From Raillietiella orientalis (lineage: Eukaryota): 64,000 nucleotides of DNA. Both the position numbers and the translations under genes were made by a program. The stretch is from the NCBI GenBank assembly GCA_036172245.1, contig JAYWIR010000041.1, positions 868,001 through 932,000 of the forward strand, read 5' to 3'. The notes under the pieces were generated by a model that saw only the letters and a list, made by a program, of their open reading frames with translations, made no database searches and was not told where the DNA came from. This document shows positions 1 to 12,090 of this stretch, piece after piece (position 1 is the first letter of the stretch; each line of letters starts with the position of its first letter).

Positions 1-3000
1 GTTGTAGGGACTGGTGTTTGTCCCCTCGGTAACCACGTCATGACCCACTGAACTTTCTCGATGGATGGCGCTCTTCACCAGTCGGACAAGGGAGATCTGT
101 CTGGTGGCGCGGATGGTGGGAGGCAATGGGGCGGCACGCAGGCAGTTGTGTGATGGGTGGTTTTGCTTTGTCCGCGAGCTGGTAGGCAGTCTCCATGGCA
201 CCTTGAGTCTCTGTCGAGAGCTCGCTGGTCCCACGAAGCCGCGGGGGCTTTGCAGAGCAGAGATGATGCACACTCCGGAATTCAGTGCTGCGTTTTTCTC
301 CGCGCTATTGATCAACATTCCAGACGACATCTTTCGTCACTTCCCCTGATAGTGCGCTGTCTCTCCGGCATCCGACACACTTCGCCCAGCAGTCCAGCCA
401 CGCTTCCGCAGATGTTACAGCCTGCATGAGCATTTTCTGGGATCTTATTGCCTACCCTCCTTCGTTTTCTTCGCGGCAGTTAGAACGTCGATGACAGTTC
501 GATGTGGCGAGGTTCAACTCCAGGCACTTTCCCAGTGCCGATTCCCCTCGCAGCCTCCAACAAAACGTCTGAGAGTCTGCTGCTTATGGTGAGGGCGTGC
601 AAGAGCAATCTGCTAAAAGTTTCACCTGCCTTCGATTTTAGGTCGAAGACAACGTGAAGCACGAAAACGGAAGTAAAGAATGGTCTGTTCGATTTGGGGA
701 ATAGCATGGGGTTTCACTGCAGACACTGTCAGTCAGGGATGGCAACACGTGGACCTGTGAACGGCTATGGGTAGTGTTTCAACGGAATCCACCATTTCTC
801 TCAAGAGGGAACCAGCAGCTGAAGCAAGCGCCTGTGGCGGATGGTCTGTGAGCATTAAGTAGCTGAGTTTTGAGTGAACGAAAATGTCCCATTAACAAAT
901 CAAACAGAAATGATGCTTGTCACATCTTCATCTAGCAGTCCTGCTTCAAAAGCAGTCGAAATGATGCAAAGTTGTGCTCCAATTTTTTTTTTTTTTTTAA
1001 GGATCGAGCGCCCTCCTTCCTATGTTAGCTGTAAAGCTGAGGAACCGTCTCTTAAATTCTCTAGCAAAGTGGTCAGCTCCGAAATTGATGCATCTTCTCG
1101 TGATATGAGAGACTCATGATATCTAGGACTTGAGACATTTCAAGAAAAGAAAAATGTGCTGCGCGAGATGATGAAGCACTTGGTCTAAGCGAAAACGGCC
1201 AGGAGTTGATGAGCGGAAACACTGTCGTGGTATTCGTCGAATAACGTGGCAGCAGGCATGCAGTTTCCTGAGCCTCTAACTCTCTATAACTCCGACGAGC
1301 CTATCCAGCAGCGATTCCTTGAGAGCGGGATAAAAGCTGCCCATCTGAAAACGCTGTCGTCTCGAGCGTTACATCCCCAGTCTCAAATGTGTCGAGCGCA
1401 ATAAGAACACTTGCAGTAGGCACATGTGGCCATCTTATTTTCCTCTTTGATGACGTGAAAGCACGAAATAATCGCCATTTCATGTGAAGCCTTTTGTGCT
1501 GACTGCCGTGAGAAAGCCGTGGGTTGTTGTAAGAACAACGCTCCGCTGCGTTCAGAAACCTCAGAATCAAGTTCAGCAAACCCTTTAAATCATTTGTTTG
1601 AGGAGGGAGGTGAAAAATTCCCAGGATCTAACGAAGAATAGTTTCGTCAGGATTCAGTTGATTCCTAGGGCTATTGCAGAGTGGGCGTCACGGCGATTCC
1701 CAGTGCATATTATTGATTTCTGTTGAAACCTGGAGTTTCCAGAAGACCTGTCCGGAAGACCCAACTAGAATAACAAATACACAACTTGTCTTGTCAATGC
1801 TCACGTCATCTCAGATGCGTTGCTGGAATAGGGGTGCTTTCTTAAACGAATGATCCCTCCCCCCACCCAAAAAAACAACAACAACAACTACACATTACAT
1901 GGTCTGAGCTTCGTCTGGTAGTATTGTTGTTGCTGTGGTTGTTATTGTTCAAGAAAATGGTATGCTTCAGCTGGGGCCAATTTGAACGACTTGCAGACCC
2001 CACACCTAGCAGATGACTTTTCAGCAGCCAGAGCAGGCTCCGGCTACTTGACTTCCACTTCCGTTCGAACTAAGAGAGAGAGAAAAAATCTTTTTCTTAC
2101 TCAGTTTCCATGTTTGGTTATTAAAGATCCATCCAAGCATCACGTTGAAAATACTCTCATGTTGCGGGAGAATTGAACCAGCCATCCATCAAAACTCATT
2201 TAAGAAGTAATGGTCTAGCGAAGCATTTCGAAATCTCCCCTAAAGCAGTGGTTCCACCTATCCTGCTTTGCCTTCATGTCTACATTCATGCTCTGAAGAT
2301 CCAGGCAGAAATTTCATCGATGAAAAAAAGACAAAAAAGACAAGGCCAAAATTGAGGCTCCAAAAGTTTATATGTTACGGTATTCTGTGTTCCCTAGCTG
2401 CAGCAGTGGGTGTCGCCTCATCTGCAATTCACGATCATTTGGTTTCCAAAAAAGAAGATGTTCTTGGATACAAGCACGAGTTTGTTTCCAAGGCCTTCCG
2501 AAATCAAGCAGTTGTTTGGGTGACCCTACTGGTCGTCCTTCTGCTCGGGTGCGCAATCCGTGCCTTCCCTGGCTTCATCGGGCGATTGAATGAGTTGCTG
2601 CCTTCTCTCATTGCGAAGCGAGGAGTTTTGAGACAAGAGAACGGCAACCACTCCCGAAGTTCTCTCAAGTTCTCTCAGACTTTCCAGATCAAGGCGATTT
2701 TCAGGAGGTTTCTTGTTAGGGACTAAATGGAAGCACACCTAATCAATCCCGCCTTTCCCGAAGAAACGCGTACGACTATCTTTTATCTCCTGCATGCTCC
2801 AGACAGAGCTCTCTTCCGCAAATACGGCATCCATCTTTCTTTTCAAGAGACTCAGTCCAAACAGAACAGCTACCATCCCAGAGGAATGTCTGAGCTGGAA
2901 ACGCAGGGCAAAGGGAAACTTCTCTTCTCCCTCTCTCTCGTCGGAGGAAGATTCAAGAGGACTCATTTTCCAAAATGGTTGGAAAATCTCTACAAGGCGC

Positions 3001-4762
3001 GATAAATGCGGCTCATCCTTTAGCACCCGTCTTACCGTTTCGATAAGGAAAATCTCCTCAATTCTACCTCCCTCTCTAGTTCCGGCTTCCGATTATGGCA
3101 ATCCCAATTCTATGAGGATTCTGTTCTCGCACAAGAACAAGAGGATTAGGATGTTTGGTGATGAAACATAAGTCAAATAAGAAACCGAGTCCGGAAAGGG
3201 AAGCAAAGAACCAAATTCAGCGTGGAATTTTCATTGGAATGATCAGTTAAACAAACGAATAGAAGGCTCTAGATGCGGGCAAGGAGCAGCTTGTGGAATC
3301 CAACCCCGCTTTTTAATGAGGTTTTGCTCTTGTTTTTAAGCTGGCGAAGTTTCTTGCAGCCTCGTGGAATTATTACCCAGGCAGAGGAAGCTGAAAACTG
3401 TTTCGACTTGTCAGAGAGAGGATCAGGAAGCAGTTTGACTGCTGAAGTGTTCCAAGATTGGATGAATCGCACCCCACTTTCAAGAACGAGTTGTTCTCAT
3501 TGTCTTCAGTTTTCATCTTTTAAGCCACGTAAATATCCAGTTGAATTTCACCAAAGATAGTCATTAACTGAAATTGTCTGATGTGAAATTTTCAATTGAT
3601 TAATTATTGCTTATTTGAGTATTTTCATATTACACCTATCGTGGAATATGACAGTGCCTTTGAAGAGAATGGAAAATCTCCGTTTGTTTCCGAATGCCAA
3701 GAGTGTTTAGAACACTGATAAGTACATAATATGCTATAGTGTGGTAAGGGTTAAGAAGCGCGTAATTTGCTAATTAATTATTAAAAATTTAGGTCGTATT
3801 TTCAAAGTGTGCATTTGTGTGCATTTTTCAAAGTGTACTTTGAATTGACTCTGGTAGTCAAGGAGGAAGAAATTCCTCGTCTTCCGGGAGATAAACTTCA
3901 CCCTTCAATATAACAGATTTTCATAATCCATCCCATGCGCTCCCCGAATGGCATAAGGAAGACAAAGATGAGACGGAAAGGCAACGAACGTAGCGGTAAA
4001 TAAGATGAGGTGGATGGTGGCAGCAACGGCAAGATTTCTCCCACGCATCCAAGTGCGTGTGTGAATTCACCAGGTAAAAATGCATTTTTCAGGTTAAAAG
4101 CAGTCCCGAATCCACTCGCAATTCAGCATATTCAGTTGGATTTAAACCGAATTATTTTGTAACGGCTGGAGGATAATTCTAAAAGCATTCCCTAGGAGTG
4201 TATGATTCGAATGGGCTAGTGAATCATCAAATAAGCACCCAAGGCCAGCTTGGAAGAAACAGAGTGATAACTGCTTTAGGTTCCGTACACTTGAGGATCT
4301 CCAGTGACAAACAGGGGATGGAAAACATTCCTACATAGTACGGAAACAAACATACGTAAGCAGAAATCAATAAAAGATCTAAAATTCAGTGCAGTTGAGA
4401 AGGAAACTGGAGTGGTTTCCTTCTCGCTGTTTTGGAAGAATGGCCCGGTCTATTAGAAGCAGCACGTCTCCGAATGTAAGATGAAAAACATTACCTTCTC
4501 CCGCATGAAACAAACAGCTCCCATAATCGAATTTTTTTTCTGGCAAGATATTTTGGTGTTGGGCTTTTACGTGGGGTCGCTTGCATGCTTAGCGACCTCA
4601 GAATGCCGACGTGAGTTGCCGCACAAGAGAAGGAACTCAGGCGAAACTCTCCTGAGGTGGGGTGAGCTTATTAAACGATCGACAAAACAAAACAATCCAA
4701 TCAACAGCGAACAGTAACGTCACTTTTAATAAATTCCTTTTGTCCCGCTCATTGGGTGTCTT

Positions 4763-5860
4763 CTACACAGGGCAAAGGTTTGTTTCTCGTAAACAGGGCA
4801 AATGAGGGGCAGAGGGTAGGGAGCGTGTGGACTGTTTGCTGCATGCCATCACTTTCTCCTTGGTGTCTTCTTGTCGAAGCCACTTGTCTGGAAGCTTCCT
4901 GGATCTTTCGCAGCCTCGTATTCTAGTTTCATCCTTCAAGAGCCTCATCAGAATTCTCTCCTGCAGCAACCTGTACACTCCTGAGAAGTTTTGTCCTCCT
5001 GATGAGGATGCTTCGCACAAAGAAGGCCAAAATGACCTTCAGCGTGGCGTTGTACATGGGGAAAAAACCTTGTCCGCGGAGGAGGCCTCCAAGGAACTCG
5101 ATTCCGGCTTCAGATAGTAATCCGGTCGCCGGTTTGACCACTCTCCAATCTTGGGAGAGTGTTCTGCAGCTGTACAGATGGTCACCTTCAATGCTCCCGT
5201 ACTCGAGGCGGTATTCGTCGCTTGGGCTCCCGGTCCAGTGTCGGAGTCTGGTGTCGCACATGAGAAACATCAGGAAGCAGTTCGGACCTCCACCGTCCAA
5301 TGACCGTCCCCTTCGGACCGTCCCGATAGAGTGGTCTTCAAGATCGGTTGTCCGAACCATGCCGACGTCGGATTCCATGGCTTCTTCAGCGGTGATAAGC
5401 TGCTTGATGTGGCCTTCCAGCTCTCGGGGATTGAATTGCATCCACTGAGATTCCTAGTCCTGCCATAGTTTGCAGGACTTGTAGGTCGTCCACCTCTGCA
5501 GCTGGCCTTTTTAGTGGAGAACTCACACTTCGTGGGGGTTCCCACTGATTGCAAAGTCCTCCTCTGGAGCCATTCTTCTGTAACCCATGGCACGCTAAGC
5601 GGAATGACCGCGGACAGTTCATTGGCCCAGGGTACCCTGCTCTTGGGCACGATCTTCAGTTTCGCTTCGTGCACTAGGTGTTGCTTTCTGTTCACCATTT
5701 AATCTGGGTCCACTGTCTCGGTGTCCGTCGAGGGAGGCCGTCGGTTCCTTTGAGCCACCTCTCGTAGGCGCAGTCGAATATGTACGGCCACTCGTTCCAG
5801 GAACTGACTTGCGTGGTGCGCTGCCGCAGATCCTGGAATTGGATCTCCCATGAACGAAGC
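4763..5860 (-). pseudogene. Intronless, frameshifted GC-rich coding relic; candidate endogenous viral element (orthomyxo-like PB2 fragment)
   Basis: Overlapping minus-strand ORFs (5270-5698, 5386-5622, 4929-5441) join through frameshifts into ~300 aa: WNEWPYIFDCAYERWLK...RKQHLVHEAKLKIVPK...LQVLQTMAG...MVRTTDLEDHSIG...RHWTGSPSDEYRLEYGSIEG...LLSEAGI. Visibly more GC-rich than the DNA from ~5870 onward. The PB2 assignment rests on remembered motif order only. Confidence 0.35.
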
Positions 5861-6140
5861 TATTGCTTAAGCGTAGAACTCTGTTAGAAATGAAAGACTA
5901 CTGAAAACAAGGAAATTGTTTTAAAAAATTCGACGAGAATCTAAATGTTTGTGGAGCACAAAAGAATTCCTTCTCACTGCTTCTAATGCTTTTTGCAATC
6001 AACATTTCATTATTTACTGCATGTTTCAATGAACTCGTTCTAATCAATGTGCCTACTGATTCTCGAGAAACAACGATAGGCATTTTTGATTTGCACTTTG
6101 CATGTCATTCATTCTACCAACAACTTCGTAATCTATCTGA

Positions 6141-6190
6141 ATCTGAGTTTATCTGACCTCCATTAATATGGAGGTCAGATAAACTCAGAT
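6141..6190. repeat. Perfect 23-bp inverted repeat with 4-nt spacer
   Basis: ATCTGAGTTTATCTGACCTCCAT-taat-ATGGAGGTCAGATAAACTCAGAT. Confidence 0.9.
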
Positions 6191-6989
6191 AAACTCCATA
6201 TTTATCTGTCTTAATGCACTCCTTCGAAGAACTTAGGTTATTAGAACTTTCATAGGTTATATTTCTAGAACAGGCCATAGTTAAAAAACTGACTACGTAA
6301 TATGATCTCTTAATTATTATTTTTTTCTTTTTTTAAAAAAGACGCACCTTCAACCACTCTTGAATCATAATCAATTACCTTTTTTGAAAAATTTATGGTA
6401 TATTGATTTCAGTGCAGAAAGTTATCGAAAAAATTTTCTTATGCTACATCAAATCAATGCCATTTTAAGGTACAGATCTAAATACACAAGTTTTCTAAAA
6501 GAATCATTTGATAACATTTCACTAAACCACTTGAATTCTCTGTAGAATGAAGTTAGAGAATTGAAATTCCACTACGGTTTTACAGAAGTCATATTTTCCT
6601 ACTTCCATGATTTATTTCTCTTGTCGCGTTCATTTGAAAATAAACTAAAACAAAAAATCAGTACAAAATAAATACAAATCCGAAAAAAGAGTTCACAAAA
6701 GTAAGAAGTGCTCTTTTCGATTCTAATCTTAAACCCTGTAAGGTTTCACTCTACCACCTTAGTGTGTAAAGCACTAAAGTTTGCATAATCGATTCATTAT
6801 ATAGGAAGAATTCGGTTTGATGCAATATTATAGCTCTAAGTAGTCCTGTAAAGCTGATTGGATTAGAAAACAATGGGATTTGCAGTATTCTATCAAATTT
6901 CAAATCTCTTAGAAGGAATTCTTCTATTTTAAGAGCCATTTTGGAAACGATAATTGAAGTGCACTATATTGGTAACGTTGTCGGCTGTC

Positions 6990-9212
6990 ATGCTTGTAGT
7001 GACTCCTCGAAGTGCAGGGTGAGCTTGCATGGGCCCTTTTATTGAACTTTCATAGGGATTTGTGTGCAATGTTTGCGGTGATGTTTGTGCTATATGTATA
7101 AGTGTGTAACATGTGTAATGTATTTAATACAAATGTTTAGATTTGACATTTAAATGTGTAAGGATTGAAACTACGTGGAGACTACAGTTGCTTCATTGCA
7201 GTGTACTCCAAAAAAAAACTAACGCAGAGAAGACATATGCAAATGTTATTGCAGACAGACGGGCTATTAAATATGAAGAATATTTTGAAATACTTTTTAA
7301 AGAAAAGCTTTAGTCAGCATGCACGGAATCTCAGTAACATGACAGAAGTTATCAAAAGCACTTTTTCTCAAGTAAGAAATGAACTTTCTCTTGAGTTTGA
7401 AAGTTTGAAAGTTTTCACGTATAATTGTTTGTTTTAATCCCATATAATAATAATAACATAACGTATTCATCTGCTAATGAATTAATTGTAGGAACATCAG
7501 TTTTCGACCATACCTTGCCCAAGTACTATAGAAAGAACACTTGTAAGTAAATCATATTTCAGTTGTTTTCATCGATCAGTAGAATCTTCCAATGGCCAAA
7601 TATGGTGGTCGTTACACAGTGACAATGATTCCTGGTGATGGGATTGGTCCTGAAATGATGGTACATGTAAAAAATGTTTTTAGGTGATTCAAAAACTACT
7701 TTCTTATAAGTGATTTCTTATGCATGCCTGCTCCATTTTCATTGATTGTAATTCCATAAAAAAAGGTGTCTTTGTGACAGCATTAGTTCATCGATGAACA
7801 ATAAAGTCTTTGATAGAAGTTGTCTGGAATATGTTGAAGTTTTTTTAAATCCCTAATGCAAGTTGTATTTTGGAAGTGTAGAATTTATTTATTATCTGTC
7901 AATATAGCTTCTAATGTTAGCATATTGTTCGCTTCAATAATTTCTTTTAAATTTGAATGATGACCTGAATTGCCTGAATTTTTTAGGAAATCTGGTATAC
8001 CAGTTGATTTTGAGGAAACACAGATGGATTCCCTGAGTAGTTCTTATGCTGATCTTGAAAATGCACTTATCTCTGTTAGACGGAATGGTGTTACTATCAA
8101 AGGTTAAAACATGTTTTGTGCTTTGCTTTTGCTGACCAACAATTCAGGCAACATGAAGAATCCTCCAGGACATCAGCGTTCTCGTAATGTGGAACTGCGG
8201 ACTCAGTTGGGTCTTTTTGCTAATGTCATTCTTTGTAAGTCCCTGCCAGGATTGCAACAACGTCATCAAGATGTGGACATCGTAATAATTCGGCAGAATA
8301 CAGAAGGAGAATATAGCATGCTTGAACATGAAGTGAGAAACATTAGAGCAAAGGGGCAATAAGAAGCAGAGTATTTCAGGAGTAGTGGAAAGTCTAAAAA
8401 TCATTACACGTGAGTGCTCTCAGCGGATTGCACGATTTGCCTTTGAGTATGCCCAAGCTCATAATCGGAAGAAAGTGACCACAGTTCACAAGGCTAATAT
8501 CATGTGAGTAATGTACTCTATTGGGTTTATGGAATGAGACAGCAGGAAATTGTCAGATGGTCTATTTTTGGAGACCTGTCAACAAGTAGCCAACGAATAT
8601 CCAGACATCCAGCATGACCACATGATAATTGATAACTGTTGCATGCAGCTGGTATCTCATCCCCAACAGTTTGATGTAATGCTGATGCCCAATTTATATG
8701 GCACCATTGTTGCAAATGTGTGTGCAGCCCTTGTGGGTGGCCCTGGAATCATTTCAGGTCAAAATTTTGGAGTGAAAGTAAGGTGTTTCGTACTGTTTCA
8801 TTAATGCTGTTAGTATGCTGCCTTTGAGCCAGGTACACGGAATATTGGCATGGATTTGGCTGGAAAAAATATTGCCAATCCATGTGCAATGTTTGCTGCT
8901 TCGTGTGATATGCTAGAATACTTGGGACTCAATGGATATGCAAGTTTACTTCGTGGATGCCTTCTACAAACAATTTCTACCGATGCAGTTCGTACACCAG
9001 GTAGGGATTTAGCTGTGTTGTTAAGACTGCATGTACAAGTTACCTAGATCTGGGAGGAAGTCATTCCACATCACAAGTTGTTGAACATTTACAGAAATTG
9101 CTTGAACAGAAAATGGAAGGAATGAATTGGTTAGTTTTGTTTGCTCATGACGTAGCATTACACAAATCATTTCAGGATGACATTAGTAGAAATGAGACCA
9201 GAATTTGGTTAG
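6990..9212 (+). CDS. IDH3G: Mitochondrial NAD-dependent isocitrate dehydrogenase subunit gamma (multi-exon)
   Basis: Core exons 7492-7542, 7583-7683, 7987-8102, 8148-8332, 8370-8503, 8546-8777, 8814-9000, 9048-~9129 splice in frame. They give [123 protein letters not shown]. The AKYGGR.TVTMIPG start is gamma-type. The 5' exons (6990-7018, 7314-7371) and last exon (to 9212) are tentative. Confidence 0.93.
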
Positions 9213-12090
9213 TTTTTCATCATCCCAGATTTCGTTTTTTCCGAGTTTTTTATTTAAGTCTGTAATACTCATTTCTGATTAATGATAAAGTTACTGTTCA
9301 TTCTTGTGAAAATGTTTGAATTACTTGAAATCCAAAAAGTAGTAACGTTTATGCCGAACTAATCGTTTCAAAATGTTGTTTGTCATGAATCAGGCAGTGC
9401 TTACATTATTACTTCTTTTTAATTTATGCAATAAAAGTAATAAGGCATAGTTTTTATTTTGTTCAATTTTTGCTGTTTATTTGCTGCATATTTCTGTGCA
9501 GACAGTCATGATCCAGAAGTTGTGATAACACAAAGACTGTTGCGAGGATCTCTTCTGCAAAATTGATATGCTTTTCTAGTATTTTTTTGCAAACTTTGCC
9601 AGCTCATTCATACAGAGATCAAGCCTCCAGATGTAGGATGTTCTAAAGATAAGTACCCAAGATGATGATAAAAGACTTTCAGAACTTAGAGACTTGACTA
9701 GATTGGTTGTCTTTCACAATAAAGAAATGGATTGTCTCGGGGATCTTCTTTCCATTTGTTTTTAAGTATGCCACTGTTCTCATAAAATATGCTTATTCAC
9801 CAGTTCTTGATGGAATCCAGTTTCCCATTAATATGATTAAGAATCTTCCTGCTCATTATGTATTATCTTTGCACATAAGTTTTTCCGCCAAACCATCATT
9901 ATGCCAGTTGCTTTATGCCAGTATTGGTTCACCCTACAAACCTCAATGAATGAGGTTATGATTCAGAGACGCATGTGCTGCAGCTTAATTTTTTGATAAC
10001 TGTGACGTGCAAAAAAATTGGTGCGAGAGAGAAAATGGGAAATACTCTGATAGACACCAGTAATTTTGAAAACCAGAATTTTTTCTAATGAATTTGCAGA
10101 GTGCACTCATAACAGGAGAATATGTAAAAAATTGATTGAGAAAGACAAGTTAACACGAAAGTGTTATGAGCTACGAACAATTTAGGGATTGCTATAATTG
10201 ACCCAGAAACCTGAAAACGAATGGTTATGTTAAATAAGGTATTTTCCATGACATAACGATACAAGCCTCGAAGCACCAGCTTGCAAAAGGTTTGCTGCTG
10301 GAATACCCAAGGAAGTTTCTCGCCTTAGTGAATAGCATAGCATAGTAGTGTGCCTGCTAAATATCCATGTGAAAGACTACTCTGTTGCAGGGATGCTGCA
10401 GTAAAACTTGACACCTTTATAGAGTTATGGAAATGAATATAAACCATAGTCGCTTACGGGCCATTTCGTGTTTCTTACAAGAAATAACTTGCATTTTTTG
10501 GTGGGGAAAATGCCAATTGGACGTATCTGACGTGCTCTGTAATCAAAACTGTACACAAGAGTGTGTAAATTGCCCTGACGCTTTGAACAAATCCTCAAAA
10601 CTATGGGAGCTATGCGAGTCGCCGATTTAATGATTTTTAAAGAAGAAACTGCAACTCGGAAGCTCTGAGGTCCCATCCTTTGTACCTAGGAAACGGTTGA
10701 AAAAATAGGCGATGCTTTGAGACGGTAGACGGCCCAGTGGGGGGAAAACTCGGTTTGCGGCAGCACGGCTCTCCATGGGCACGCAAACCAAATTTCTTCT
10801 TTCATGAGTAGGCGGATTGGCTTCGAATTCGGGTATGCTGTAAACGCTTCACACGAAACACAACTCAGGTATTCATTGGGTGTACATGGACGTGTTAAGG
10901 ACTGACAAAAAATTATTCACTTACACTAAAGATAGAGGTTGTTCAAAGCTGAAGTGAAGCAACTCTACCACCATTCCACGAAGGCTCACTCCGTTTGCCT
11001 TCGTTCGCTCAATGTCGCTGGAAACGGTCTCTTTGCAGAGTAAAAGTATATTTTCTCTAAGACATCATCATTCCTTCAAACACTCCTCGAGTAATTGGCT
11101 CTCATCTTGACCGGTCTAAATAATCCATCTCTGTTACTGAGAATGTGCTTAGGAGTGGGGAGAGCTCAGGGAAGTATCTGAGCTGGAATTCTCATAAATC
11201 TTTGGGAAGTTTTCCGTTTCCCCAAAACAAACTTTTGAATCTTGGTGATTACTCCAAGAATCTTGTATCAGACCCCGGCTGCTACATTCCCGCTTTTTCT
11301 TTGTGGCCATGCTTAACATGCTCATCTCCAACGCTCCTGGAGTTCCGTCCTTTACTATTTTGATCCAAATTACGCCAAATTTCCATGAAAATTCTGATCC
11401 ACTTCCTTTGCAATTTGGAAGACTTGCAGTCCCCATACAAATCGCTATTAGAAAGAAGAATTCTCAGTTCTAACTAGCACGGTTTGTCGTGCCAACTAGT
11501 TCCAATCAACGTTATTCAGAAGAGATGCTCCGTTGCTGGCATGCAAAATACACTTCTTGTGCGATCAAATAGGAGCTTTCATTCACATTACTGCTTATAT
11601 TTGGAAAATCGTCCCCCTAACAGTGATTTCATTTACGACATAAAGACAGTGAAAACTGATCCTAATATGAGCCGAGAAGTTTTTTAATCGATTCTCTTAG
11701 TATTTTTATTCGCTTTTTTTTCAAGTTCATGAAAATCCGTCTCGTTTGCTGTAATTCACATTTTTCTGAACGATTTTCTATTTCCTAAATCTATTTGTTT
11801 CTGTTCATTTATTTAATCTAGTAAAAACCATTCTGGTTTACCCCCCATGACACTTTGTTTCCCATAAGTTTCAATTGGAAGCGAGATCACAGGGCATCTG
11901 AGCCAAACGGGAATTACGAAACGCAGAGGGCTAATAAGTTAGACACATTTTCATCTGTGGTTCTGGGCTTTCTAGGCACCGAGATGGTATTGATAAACAA
12001 TATGGTTGCAATGAACTGTTTTTAGTTCTTTGTATAGCATCGAATTCTTAAGATGCCGATCAATAACAAGACGTTTTATTATTTACATAT

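Noticed and set aside
38..430. GC-rich ORFs at the window start, possibly gag-like
   Set aside because: Truncated by the window edge and no diagnostic motif.
2268..3171. 152-aa ORF with two hydrophobic stretches and adjacent ORFs
   Set aside because: No recognisable family motif and no convincing exon chain.
9500..11450. Possible small gene between IDH3G and HMGXB4
   Set aside because: Trial splicing on both strands gave no recognisable or consistent protein; left unresolved.
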